DNA of 64,000 bases from Polyangiaceae bacterium. GTDB lineage: Bacteria > Myxococcota_A > Polyangia > Polyangiales > Polyangiaceae. The DNA lies in assembly GCA_033763455.1 (NCBI GenBank), contig JANRKO010000039.1, positions 1 to 64,000 of the forward strand, read 5' to 3'. Of this stretch, positions 17,433 through 26,958 are shown piece by piece. The notes below the pieces were generated by a model. That model was not told the DNA's origin. It made no database searches and saw only the letters and a list, made by a program, of their open reading frames with translations. Numbering within the stretch: the first letter of the stretch is position 1; every line of letters starts with the position of its first letter. Made by a program: the position numbers and the translations under genes.

Positions 17433-18314
17433 ATGACGACAGACTGGACTTTATGGCGCAGCTTCGCTGCCGTGGCTGAAAACGGCTCGCTTTCGGCGGC
17501 AGCCCGATCCTTAGGTCTCTCTCAGCCCACCCTGGGGCGCCACATTGAGGCCTTGGAGGCGAGCCTGGGGGCTCCGCTCTTTGAGCGCACGGCCTTGGGG
17601 TTCTCCCCCAACGAGCTCGGCTTGCGCGCGTTTGAGCCGGTTCGAAAAGCTATAGCGGCATTGGCAGAAGCCGAGCTTGTCGCGGCCGGAGCAAGTGCCG
17701 CCCTCGAAGGCAGCGTGCGCATCACTGCCAGCATTGTAACCTCTCACTACATCTTGCCAGCGATGCTTCGCGTGCTTCGCGATGAATTTTCTTCGCTCAG
17801 CTTTGAATTGGTCCCGAGTGATTCCGTAGAGAACCTCCTGCTGCGCGAGGCGGATATCGCCGTAAGAATGTTCCGCCCAACCCAGCTGGATCTCATCACG
17901 CGCAGGCTCGGTGAAACACGCATTGTTCCGTGCGCCCACAAGTCCTATCTGAAAGCTCGCGGAACGCCGAAGCTGCCCGAAGATCTCACCCAGCATGAGC
18001 TTCTCGGCTTCGATCGCTCAGACGTGCTCATTAGCACTGCCAAAAAGCTGGGCATGGCCTTCAAGCGGGAAGATTTCCAAGTCCGGTGCGACAGCCAGAG
18101 CACACTTTGGCAGCTCGCCCAAGCGGGCCTCGGTATCACCTTTGCCCAAGAAAAGCTTATTGCCCGAACCCCAGGCATGGTGAAGCTCGATCTGCCGATT
18201 GCCATTCCCCCACTCCAAGTTTGGCTTACAAGCCACCGCGAGCTCTACGCATCGCGCCGCATCCGCACGGTGTATGATCGCTTGGGTGAGCTAATTACGG
18301 AGTGGCTCAAGTAG
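17433..18314 (+). CDS. LysR-family transcriptional regulator
   Basis: GSLSAAARSLGLSQPTLGRHIEALE...LFER; NLLLREADIAVRM; divergent from the SDR gene. Confidence 0.93.
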   Translation: MTTDWTLWRSFAAVAENGSLSAAARSLGLSQPTLGRHIEALEASLGAPLFERTALGFSPNELGLRAFEPVRKAIAALAEAELVAAGASAALEGSVRITASIVTSHYILPAMLRVLRDEFSSLSFELVPSDSVENLLLREADIAVRMFRPTQLDLITRRLGETRIVPCAHKSYLKARGTPKLPEDLTQHELLGFDRSDVLISTAKKLGMAFKREDFQVRCDSQSTLWQLAQAGLGITFAQEKLIARTPGMVKLDLPIAIPPLQVWLTSHRELYASRRIRTVYDRLGELITEWLK

Positions 18315-18553
18315 GCTTATTTCGCGGCAAGTAACCTTTCCGTCATCCTATTCTCGGCCAGGCGCATCGATGAGGACTGCCTCAACACATCGATTTCAAA
18401 ATCCGGTGCCGGCGCCGAACCGGGGGCCGACGCCAAGGTGCCGAGCAACCGCCCCACGTAAATGCGCATGTTGCGATCCCAGTTCGGGCGATCTTTTGAG
18501 CACAGCCGGGGGTTAACGCGACCAACGCACTTAAACCAGAATAGTTAGAGCTT

Positions 18554-18691
18554 TCATGCGGGTGGTCCCCACGGTTCTGCAGGCCTACGCTGACCACTCA
18601 CCTTGCGGACGTATTGCAGCGCCGCAGCGAGCACCTCCTCATCCGTGGCGGGCGGAGCAAAATTGAAAAGCGGGCGGATGTTGCGACACAT
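18554..18691 (-). pseudogene. truncated DUF2277-family protein
   Basis: MCRNIRPLFNFAPPATDEEVLAAALQYVRKVSG is the family N-terminus; the frame stops after 45 aa. Confidence 0.65.
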
Positions 18692-18803
18692 GCACCAGAG
18701 GTCAGCGTGCCCCGTACCTGGCTCCAAAACGGCTGTGTCTTTCACCAGCGTCGAAGAAATAACTTGCTGTCAGGGAGTGCGATGCAATAGCTAGTCGGGA
18801 GCC

Positions 18804-19940
18804 GTGCGCGTCGCTAACTCTCCCCGTTTCTGGGCTCAGCCGCTTGCGTGGCTGACGGGCTGTGGGTTATTGGCATGCGGTTCCGGCGGCGATATTCGGC
18901 TTTTTCCCGAGGTCGCGCCCGCACCGTTGCCGGCAGAAATGCCTCGGGCAAAGTCACGAAACCCCTTGGCTCAGCCCTACGCTTCGACCAGCATTTGGAA
19001 CACGGCGATAGGCGATGGCGCTCTGCTGAAGCCGGTGTCGCTAAAGCCGGCCACATACGGTATCCGGACTGAAGCGGTGGCGGTGCTGCTTGACGTCAAC
19101 GCGCCAACCCTTTCGGTGCAGCACAGCGACGCCGGCTGGACAGGGGCCGATCGTTGCCCGGCCTCGGCACCAGAACATTTCGTAGCCCACGCACCTACCG
19201 ATTTTCTGCTGCTCGAAGGTGTGGGCAGAAGCGGCGTGCCGGTGGTCGCTCTGCAGTCGGACGGGCGCACGCTGAAGCAAGGCTTACCGTTTGCGCGATG
19301 TACCAGCGGCGCGCCTGCCACAATCTTGTTCGAGGAAGAGGGCGGTGACCTCTACGGAGACGGGCTTCTCGGCGCGAGTGGCGGCTCGGGTCTGTCTGCT
19401 CTCGGGGGTGTGCTTCGGCTAGGTGAGCTGCTGCCCGGCTCCCCTCCGCCAAGCCACGCTCTAGCCTTGCACCTTTTTAGCAACGAGGTTCTGTGGGCGG
19501 CCCCGACACAAGCCGAGTGTTTCCGTTGGCCCGCTTCGCGAGGCGACGGCTACTGCCTCGGAACATACGGCGGTAACGACCCGCAAGTGCGTATGGGCTC
19601 GCTGCTAGCGCTGCCTTCGGGAGCCCTGCCGGTGTTGAGGTCAGAGGCGGCTCAAAAGCTCGCCTGGACGCTCCAAAACTACGGCGCTTACATCGTGAAC
19701 GACGCGGGCGCTTCCGTGTACACGTTCGCCGTTGAGATCAGCCCTCGCGGCTGGTTCGTTGACGAATTTGAAGCAGCTTGGGGGTTTTCGTTCCAAACCG
19801 AAGACCTGAGTACCGACTGGGCCAAGGACGTGCAGACCCTGTTTGATGCGCTCGCGGTCGTAACCGACAATAGCGCCGACACGCCCGGCGGCGCGGGCAC
19901 CCGCTTGCAGCCGGCGTTGCCCGAACTGAGTGCGCCCTGA
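18804..19940 (+). CDS. secreted/lipoprotein of unknown function
   Basis: 378-aa ORF, lipobox-like LLAC, conserved-looking PYASTSIWNTAIG and LAWTLQNYGAYIV. Confidence 0.7.
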   Translation: MRVANSPRFWAQPLAWLTGCGLLACGSGGDIRLFPEVAPAPLPAEMPRAKSRNPLAQPYASTSIWNTAIGDGALLKPVSLKPATYGIRTEAVAVLLDVNAPTLSVQHSDAGWTGADRCPASAPEHFVAHAPTDFLLLEGVGRSGVPVVALQSDGRTLKQGLPFARCTSGAPATILFEEEGGDLYGDGLLGASGGSGLSALGGVLRLGELLPGSPPPSHALALHLFSNEVLWAAPTQAECFRWPASRGDGYCLGTYGGNDPQVRMGSLLALPSGALPVLRSEAAQKLAWTLQNYGAYIVNDAGASVYTFAVEISPRGWFVDEFEAAWGFSFQTEDLSTDWAKDVQTLFDALAVVTDNSADTPGGAGTRLQPALPELSAP

Positions 19941-19960
19941 GTCGCGAGCGCCGCGCGGGG

Positions 19961-20986
19961 CTAAGGAGTTTTGCTCTGCTCTTCGCGAACCTGTGCTGCG
20001 AGCGCCGACGCCGGGTAGCGCGTCAGAAACTTGCGCTGAAGAGCCCGAGCTTCGGCGTTGCGAGCATCGCGTCGAGCCTGCAAGAGCTCCAAAAACAGTT
20101 GGTTTTCCTCGGCCAAAGTGCCAGTTTTAGCTTCGCCCGAGGCCGCGCTGCCAAGCCCCGCGCGACGCGCCCCAGAGTTCGTTGATGGTGATTCCACCGC
20201 GGTGGGCTCTGGCTGCGCTTGGGCGGGCATGGACGAAGTAGGCAGACGCGCGCCGTCACACAAAGACGACTCTCCGCGCGAAACCCAACGCTCGCCCGCA
20301 CCCAGTAGCGCTTGGCGCTCGGCAGATCCCACGCGCACGCGACCGTGAGTCACGCTCACGCAGGTGACGGGGCCGTTCGACCCCTCCGCGACCCGCACGT
20401 TGAACTTGGTACCCACCACCGTTACCTTGGCGTCGGGCGTGCTGACCGTGAAATGTTCGCCAATGGGTTGCTTGGGCAGATCCACTTCGACGCCACCGCG
20501 CCCCAGTCTCGCGCCAACGAGGCGCTCGCTATCCACCGCCCCAAGAAGGCGTAACTCAGAAAATGCGCTCAGCTCCAGGGTTCCTCCACCCGCGACCGAT
20601 AGGGTCGCGCTCGCGGCTTGGCCCGTCACCAGGGTATCTCCAGCGGTGAGTTGCTTGCCGACCTTCAGTGCCATTTCGGGCGGCCCGCCCTCGAGCGAGA
20701 CCGCATGGTTGAAAGCACGGATCTCCGCTAGCGACGCTACAATTGTTGGGCTCGACCCCCTGAGCCAGAGCGCGGCCGCCGCGGCCAGGCTCAATACGCC
20801 GGCGGCTGCCGTGTAGGCAAAGCGGCGCAAGCGCAAGCGCCGTGCGTGGTTGGCGTGCTCGGTTTCGATCAGGCTGGTGAGTCGCGCAATGTTGCCCAAA
20901 TTAGGCACTGAATCGCGCGCTTCGGGTTCGCTTTCACCCAAGGCCTGCACCCACTGCTCTGCTGTCTTATCACGCCAAGTATCCAT
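19961..20986 (-). CDS. FecR-domain anti-sigma factor with C-terminal TPR-like helices
   Basis: Single TM helix; FTVSTPDAKVTVVGTKFNV...VSVTHGRVRV; LAEENQLF...FLTRYPAS tail. Confidence 0.85.
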   Translation of the reverse strand: MDTWRDKTAEQWVQALGESEPEARDSVPNLGNIARLTSLIETEHANHARRLRLRRFAYTAAAGVLSLAAAAALWLRGSSPTIVASLAEIRAFNHAVSLEGGPPEMALKVGKQLTAGDTLVTGQAASATLSVAGGGTLELSAFSELRLLGAVDSERLVGARLGRGGVEVDLPKQPIGEHFTVSTPDAKVTVVGTKFNVRVAEGSNGPVTCVSVTHGRVRVGSAERQALLGAGERWVSRGESSLCDGARLPTSSMPAQAQPEPTAVESPSTNSGARRAGLGSAASGEAKTGTLAEENQLFLELLQARRDARNAEARALQRKFLTRYPASALAAQVREEQSKTP

Positions 20987-20988
20987 GG

Positions 20989-21594
20989 CTATCCCTGTTT
21001 CTCCGCACGCAATCGCTCGAGCAGCTGCTTGCGACCGCGCACCAATCGAGACTGAGCGGCTGCCACCGAGACGCCGAGCTGCGTTGCAATTTCCGAGAGT
21101 TCATAACCTAAGGCGTCGTGCATGAAGACCGTTTCGGCTCGTTCGGGTGTGAGCGTGACGAGGGCTCGGCGCACCCGTTCGAGCTCACTTCTGGCTTGGA
21201 GCTTGTCCTCCGGACCTTGGTCGATGCCCTCAGCTTCGGGTGAAAACAAAGCTTGCTCGCGGTAGCGCTTGCGGAGAGCATCGAACCCCACGCGCGTTGC
21301 CAGTAGTGAGGCCCAGGCACGTAGCGGTGTGCTGCCGTCGTAGGTACCGTCTACCAAAGTGCGCACGATGCGCTCGAAGGTGAGTTGAGTGTGGTCGTCG
21401 CCATCCGCCGAGCGATGGCCGAGCGCCCGATACAGACTGCGCTCGACGACCGGTCGCAACCGACCATACAAGGCTGCCGCGAGTCGGCCGTCGCCGCGCC
21501 GCACGCCCGCCCATAGCTCGGCGTCCGACGCCTCTGGCTCCGTCCCTCTGGGGGGGGCGTGTTTCAGCTGGGGCCTGCGTTCGGCGGCGCTCAT
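20989..21594 (-). CDS. ECF RNA polymerase sigma factor
   Basis: Region 2 DDHTQLTF...RAW; region 4 GYELSEIATQLGVSVAAAQSRLVRGR. Confidence 0.9.
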   Translation of the reverse strand: MSAAERRPQLKHAPPRGTEPEASDAELWAGVRRGDGRLAAALYGRLRPVVERSLYRALGHRSADGDDHTQLTFERIVRTLVDGTYDGSTPLRAWASLLATRVGFDALRKRYREQALFSPEAEGIDQGPEDKLQARSELERVRRALVTLTPERAETVFMHDALGYELSEIATQLGVSVAAAQSRLVRGRKQLLERLRAEKQG

Positions 21595-21653
21595 GAGCTT
21601 ATTCCTACCAGGTTCGCACGAGCCCGGCTGCGGCAGGCAGCCGACGTGAAGAT

Positions 21654-22628
21654 TTAGAACCCAACCTGAATTCCAACGAACGCGGAGCCCGTCACACGAG
21701 CCGTTCGGGCGAGCGTGGTGGTGCCGGAGACGATCCGGGGAGCCGCGTCGTAGAGCGCCACTTGCCCGCCCGCGAAGGCGAACCAGTCCGGCGTCAGCTC
21801 TAGCCGAGGTGCAAGTGCGAGAGCCCCTGCCGTGCGCCAGGTCTCGCCCGAGTCCTTTGAGCCCCCAGGGTTGGTCGCTGCGACCGCTAAGCGTTCACGC
21901 AGCAGCTGGCCTCGAATGGTGAGCCGCAGGGCTCCAGTTAACGGCAACACCGCGACGATGCCGAAACCTACTGCCTGGCGCGCGACGCTGGCGCCCTGGG
22001 CGAGCTTTTCCGGAGCCACGCTCGCTTCGGCGCTCAGGGACCCGCCCACTGCCGCGTTGAACGGAAACACGTCGACCCCGAGCGCGCCACCTAACAGTGG
22101 AGAGATTCGTGGTGCAAGGTAGCCTGTTGTGGCCGCCAAAGAGACCGCGATTCTCTTCTGATCGGTGGACGTCGTCGCATGCCCAAGCATCACCGCGCGC
22201 GCCGGTCGGGCGTCTTTTGCTGGCTGCACTTCGGGTTCCGGGGTTGGAGGGGGTTTGGTACCGCGCTCGGGAACCAGCAGCATCGAAGCTACGACGAGGC
22301 CAGCCGCGCGCCAGCGCTCCGAAGCCGCGTCGCGATCGCCGAACTTTAGCTCGCGGTATGACGTTAAATTGTAGCCGTTACGCACCCAAACCGCAATACT
22401 TTCTGCGGTTTGACCCCGAATCAGCACGACTGCGTGTCGGGGCTCGCGCCTCCGCGACTCCTGCCCAAGCACGCACGGCTCGTCTTTCAGCGCGGCGCTG
22501 CAGTCGGCCAAGAGCGCCGCAACTTCACGCGCTTCGGCTGGAACCTCGCGGGCGTCGATGTAGACGGGGAAGGTCAGGCGATCGCGGTCTCCTGCTGAGA
22601 TACTCGGAGAAGTGTGCGCCTGATGCAA
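21654..22628 (-). CDS. hypothetical protein with C-terminal beta-barrel-like region (start uncertain)
   Basis: SERWRAAGLVVASML motif, Pro linker, amphipathic strands, and terminal ...VGIQVGF. The ORF-track start at 22886 overlaps the DUF1552 gene, so TTG 22628 is used tentatively. Confidence 0.6.
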   Translation of the reverse strand: MHQAHTSPSISAGDRDRLTFPVYIDAREVPAEAREVAALLADCSAALKDEPCVLGQESRRREPRHAVVLIRGQTAESIAVWVRNGYNLTSYRELKFGDRDAASERWRAAGLVVASMLLVPERGTKPPPTPEPEVQPAKDARPARAVMLGHATTSTDQKRIAVSLAATTGYLAPRISPLLGGALGVDVFPFNAAVGGSLSAEASVAPEKLAQGASVARQAVGFGIVAVLPLTGALRLTIRGQLLRERLAVAATNPGGSKDSGETWRTAGALALAPRLELTPDWFAFAGGQVALYDAAPRIVSGTTTLARTARVTGSAFVGIQVGF

Positions 22629-22709
22629 CCGTTCGGAAATAAGCGATGCCCGAGCGAGGCGCTGCCTGCTCCCACCCGGCTCGGGCGAATCCAGCAGAAC
22701 TAGGACCTG

Positions 22710-24020
22710 ATGGTGAAAAACACGCTCGACCGTCGACGGCTGCTTCGTGGGATGATGACTGGTGCGGGGGTCGCTATTGGCCTGCCGTGTTTGGAGGCCA
22801 TGCTCGACGACAACGGGGACGCGCATGCCGACGGCACGCCGCTCCCCCAGCGGTTCGGCCTGTGGTTCTTCGGTGCTGGTACCCACCCCGGTTGGACGCC
22901 CCTCACGCCGGGTCAGCTCGTCTTGCCGGAGGGCCTAACTGCGCTGCAACGGCATCGCGACTACATCAACCTCGTGTCCGGGCTCGAATGCGAAAGCTTC
23001 GGCGACTACGGCACCAACCGGCACACGATGGGCTGCTCGTCGGTGCTGGCGGGGGCTCCGCCTGCCCCAGGCCATGACATGCAACCGGGTGCCGCGACCA
23101 TCGATCAATTGGTAGCTAAGAGCCTAACGAGCAGCGGGCCGCGCTCCTCCCTCGAAGTCGCGATCGCTTATGAAGAAGCGATCTCGTTCAGTGACGTGAA
23201 CACTCCGAATCGGCCTACCCGCGATCCGCGACAACTTTTTCAAGCAGTCTTCGGCGGTCTGATGCCGTCGGTGGGCTCAGGTGTGGACACGAAGGCGCTG
23301 CGCGCCGCCTACCTCGACGCTGTGCAGGATGACATCAGGGAGCTGAATCTAAAGCTCGGCAAGGCGGACCGCGACCGGATGGCCCAATACCTCGAGGGTC
23401 TCAATGAGCTGCAGAAGGAGGTCGCGAGCTTGCCCCGCACGACCTCGCCCACCACCTGCGTGCCGCCCAATGACGCACTTGTGGACATCGACGATGCTGT
23501 TATCAGCAGCAACGAAAGCGGCTTGTCCGCGATCAATCGCGCGAACAGCAAAATTTTGGCTGCAGCCTTGGCGTGCGACTTGACGCGGGTGTTTACGGTC
23601 AATTTCAGCACGTTCAACTCGGGCCCCTGGTTCCCACTTGACCCATCGCTGCCCAACAATCACCACGAACTCGGGCATCAGTCTGATCCGAACATGTCTC
23701 GGTCGGTCGGCTTCATCATGGAGCGCTTCGCCGAGTTCTTGGACGCCCTGGCTAGCTTCAGCGAGGGAGCGAACCACATACTCTACAACAGCTCCATCTT
23801 GGTGCAGAGCGAAGTCGCTCGCAATCACGAGCTAGAAAACATGCCGACGCTGATGGCAGGCAACGCGGGTGGCGTGCTCAGGACTGGGCTGCACGTCAAA
23901 GCTTCTGGACCGACGACGCGGGCCAGCTTTACGGCAGCCAAAGCGGTTGGCGCCGCCCTCAGTTCGTTCGGCGTGCAGGGCGCCCAAACATCGGAGGCAA
24001 TTAGCGATGTCTTGGCTTGA
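22710..24020 (+). CDS. DUF1552 domain protein (Tat-like signal)
   Basis: LDRRRLLRG...LPCLEAM; TIDQLVA; DPRQLF..VFG; ALACDLTRV; HHELGH; GNAGG..RTG. Confidence 0.85.
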   Translation: MVKNTLDRRRLLRGMMTGAGVAIGLPCLEAMLDDNGDAHADGTPLPQRFGLWFFGAGTHPGWTPLTPGQLVLPEGLTALQRHRDYINLVSGLECESFGDYGTNRHTMGCSSVLAGAPPAPGHDMQPGAATIDQLVAKSLTSSGPRSSLEVAIAYEEAISFSDVNTPNRPTRDPRQLFQAVFGGLMPSVGSGVDTKALRAAYLDAVQDDIRELNLKLGKADRDRMAQYLEGLNELQKEVASLPRTTSPTTCVPPNDALVDIDDAVISSNESGLSAINRANSKILAAALACDLTRVFTVNFSTFNSGPWFPLDPSLPNNHHELGHQSDPNMSRSVGFIMERFAEFLDALASFSEGANHILYNSSILVQSEVARNHELENMPTLMAGNAGGVLRTGLHVKASGPTTRASFTAAKAVGAALSSFGVQGAQTSEAISDVLA

Positions 24021-25752
24021 ATCGAGCTTCAGGAGCGGCGCGCGTTGGGGCGCCGTATGTTTTGCCCTTTTGAACGGCGGCTGCAACGCGATGATTTCGG
24101 AGCGGCCCAACAGTGGGTTAAACAAGGTCAGCCCGAGCGGCGGCGGAGCGTCCGCGATCGCCAGCGGCGGGGCGTCCGCAATCGCTGATATTGGCGCGGC
24201 TGGCATGCCGATAAGACCACTTCCTACCGCGCCTGCCGAATTTGGACTTGGACCAGCCGCGATGACGCGCCTCACATCGGCTGCGTACCTGAACACACTG
24301 CGCGATATTTTTGGCGGAGAGTACGCCCGGGGCGTTGCCACGGAGCCGGACTTCGTCGTGAGCGGTCTCACCTCGATTGGCGCGCGCTCGGCATCGGTTT
24401 CGCGCGCTGGAGTTCGGCTCTACGACACTGCTGCCAACTCATTGGCTGAGCGCGCGTTCGGCGATGCGAACTTTCGCGCGACTTGGCTTGGCTGTGTACC
24501 GACAGGGCCAGCTGATGCCACGTGTGCGGCTGCCTTCGTCAGCAAGGTCGGGCGGCGGCTTTTTCGGCGGCCGCTCAGCGTCGACGAAGTCACCCGCTAC
24601 GCCAACGTCATCCTAGCAACGGGTGCAAGCGCGCAGGATTTCATGGTCGGCGCCAAGTTCGCCCTCGTAGGCATGCTGCTGTCGCCCAAGTTCAACCACC
24701 TCGTCGAACTTGGCGTGCCAGAAAGCGGCGGCAGGCTCAGCTACACCGACCACGAGTTGGCAGCTCGTCTCTCGTACACGCTTTGGAATACTACGCCCGA
24801 CGAGCCACTCTTGTCAGCGGCCGACACAGGCGCACTTGTTGGCGGCAATACGCTGACCGCACAGACCGATCGCTTGCTTGCCGACGAAGCCCGGCTCGCC
24901 GACGGTGCGCGCGACATGGCGACCGATCTCTACGCGCTCTCCAAGGTCGATAGCGTCAACAAAGATGCCGCACGCTTTACCCAGGATTCACCGACACTGC
25001 GTGCTTCGATGCGTGAAGCCACGCTGCGGCTGGCCGCCGATACGTGGGTGGCTCAACAGGCGGAACTGACATCGATCTTCGAATCGCAGGTGGCGTTCGT
25101 CGATGCCAATCTGGCGCCACTGTACGCTGTGGGGCCACCGGCTATCGGATTTGCTCGGCTAGTATTGGCGACGGAGAGTCCCCGCATAGGCCTGCTCACA
25201 GAGCCATCACTACTAACCATGCTCGCAGGGCCAAACCTGACGTCACCGACCAAGCGTGGGCGCTTCATCCGTGAGCGCATACTCTGCGGCACAATCCCCG
25301 ACCCGCCGCCCAATGTGGACATGGGCATTCCGGTCACTGCTGTCGGGCAAACGCGCCGCGAGCAGGGAGCCGACCACATGAAAACGCCCGCTTGCAAGGG
25401 TTGTCACAGCGCCATGGACCCGCTCGGCTTTGGTCTCGAGCAATTCGACGCGCTCGGCCAATTTCAGGCCACCGACAACGGGCAGCCAGTGGACGCGAGT
25501 GGTGAGCTCGACGGCGTGCCGTTTAGCGATGCGCGCGGGCTCGCCCGAGCGCTTCGCACGAATCCTGCGCTGATCGACTGCACGGTCAAGACACTTTTTC
25601 GCCACGTTGTAGGTCGCCTTGAGGATGCCACCGAACAGGCAGCGGTAGACTCAACCGTTGCGTACTACGCCGAGGTTAACGGGCAGCTACGTCCGTTACT
25701 GCGCAGGCTGGTATTGAGTGAGAGCTTCCGCAAAGCGGCGGTCGCACCGTGA
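24007..25752 (+). CDS. DUF1592/DUF1588/DUF1595 domain protein with CxxCH motif
   Basis: RLT...Y.NTLRD; RRLFRRPL; ELAARLSY.LW.TTPD; TSPTKRG; CKGCH.AMDPLGFGLEQFD; VDASG. Confidence 0.88.
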   Translation: MSWLESSFRSGARWGAVCFALLNGGCNAMISERPNSGLNKVSPSGGGASAIASGGASAIADIGAAGMPIRPLPTAPAEFGLGPAAMTRLTSAAYLNTLRDIFGGEYARGVATEPDFVVSGLTSIGARSASVSRAGVRLYDTAANSLAERAFGDANFRATWLGCVPTGPADATCAAAFVSKVGRRLFRRPLSVDEVTRYANVILATGASAQDFMVGAKFALVGMLLSPKFNHLVELGVPESGGRLSYTDHELAARLSYTLWNTTPDEPLLSAADTGALVGGNTLTAQTDRLLADEARLADGARDMATDLYALSKVDSVNKDAARFTQDSPTLRASMREATLRLAADTWVAQQAELTSIFESQVAFVDANLAPLYAVGPPAIGFARLVLATESPRIGLLTEPSLLTMLAGPNLTSPTKRGRFIRERILCGTIPDPPPNVDMGIPVTAVGQTRREQGADHMKTPACKGCHSAMDPLGFGLEQFDALGQFQATDNGQPVDASGELDGVPFSDARGLARALRTNPALIDCTVKTLFRHVVGRLEDATEQAAVDSTVAYYAEVNGQLRPLLRRLVLSESFRKAAVAP

Positions 25753-26172
25753 ACCGAATGCGAAGCTTTCGCGTCGCTAGTTAGGGCGGACTGGAGGCAA
25801 GTTCACTCCTCGGGGGCACCTCGACGGGGCGCAAGCGCACCCGACTCAGGTAATTCTCTCGGCCATGCAGGCTGTCGGAGTCACCGCACCGCTGGGCGAA
25901 ATCTCGATCCCTCACCCCGTCGCGCCGTGCCCTTTTTTTTTCTGGCCCGCCATTCACCTGGGGCCCATCGGGCACCTTTCCCGGGCGCGACTCCGCCACT
26001 CCGTCTCCTCCACCGAAGCGACACACCCTCAAACTGCTCGCGCTTGCGCCGGCGCGGAGCCGGATCAACCTCCAGCCGCCCCTCATGATCTGCATCAACA
26101 TCTATGCCGCCGGATCAAGGGCAGATTCGCTGGCTGGACCGTTCGATACGCTGGAGATAGGATTGGATCGAC

Positions 26173-26754
26173 ATGGCCCTTTCAATCGCCGAGCGTCGTC
26201 ACGTTTTCTCACTCGAAGAATATGCCGACGTGGCCGAGCGCAGCGCGACCCGCGTCGAGTACTGGGAAGGCGCGATCTTGGACATGTCTGGCGGCTCGCC
26301 CAGGCATTCGGCGATCTGCAGCAACGTCAGCCGGATTCTCGGTGCTCAGCTGCGCGGCACCCAGTGTCGGGTGTTCGACGCCAACCTGAGGGTCCGCTCG
26401 ATCGCGGCTAACCGCGCAACGTACGCAGATGTCACGGTGGTCTGCGGCCCGCTCGAGCTCGACCCGGCTGACAAGACCCGCCAAACCGTGCTGAACCCCA
26501 GCATCATCATTGAGGTTCAGAGCCCCTCGACGGAAAGCGACGATCGCGGTCCCAAGCTCGACTGCTACAAGATGATGGCCAGCGTGCGGGCCGTGATCCT
26601 GATCGCACAGGATCGAGCGCACGTGACTGTGCATGCACGGCAAGCCGACGGTTCGTTCGCGCAGAGCGATCACGACGGCGGCGCCATCGACCTTCCGGCG
26701 ATTGGCTGCGCCCTGCCGATCGCAGAGATCTACGAGGATCTTCCGAACCCGTGA
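26173..26754 (+). CDS. Uma2 (DUF820) family endonuclease
   Basis: EYWEG.I.DMSGGS.RH; YADVTVVCG; NPSIIIEVQSPSTE..DRG.K. Confidence 0.9.
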   Translation: MALSIAERRHVFSLEEYADVAERSATRVEYWEGAILDMSGGSPRHSAICSNVSRILGAQLRGTQCRVFDANLRVRSIAANRATYADVTVVCGPLELDPADKTRQTVLNPSIIIEVQSPSTESDDRGPKLDCYKMMASVRAVILIAQDRAHVTVHARQADGSFAQSDHDGGAIDLPAIGCALPIAEIYEDLPNP

Positions 26755-26958
26755 CCTCGGGCACGAAGGTTGGATGCCTCGCGAAACGCGCTATACCGAG
26801 CTGTTTCACGGCAAGTGGGTGCCCGTGGCCTTGGTAGAGCCCGACGCCGTCCTGATTTCCAAGACACTCAAGGCTCCCATGAAGAATGCGCCGTTAATCA
26901 CTGAGGACCTTGCGGCTCTTGCAACCAAGAGATCGAACTCCAACAAATGTTAACGCCG

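Noticed and set aside
25865..26389. 174-aa ORF upstream of and overlapping Uma2
   Set aside because: It overlaps Uma2 out of frame, has low-complexity composition and shows no recognisable domain.
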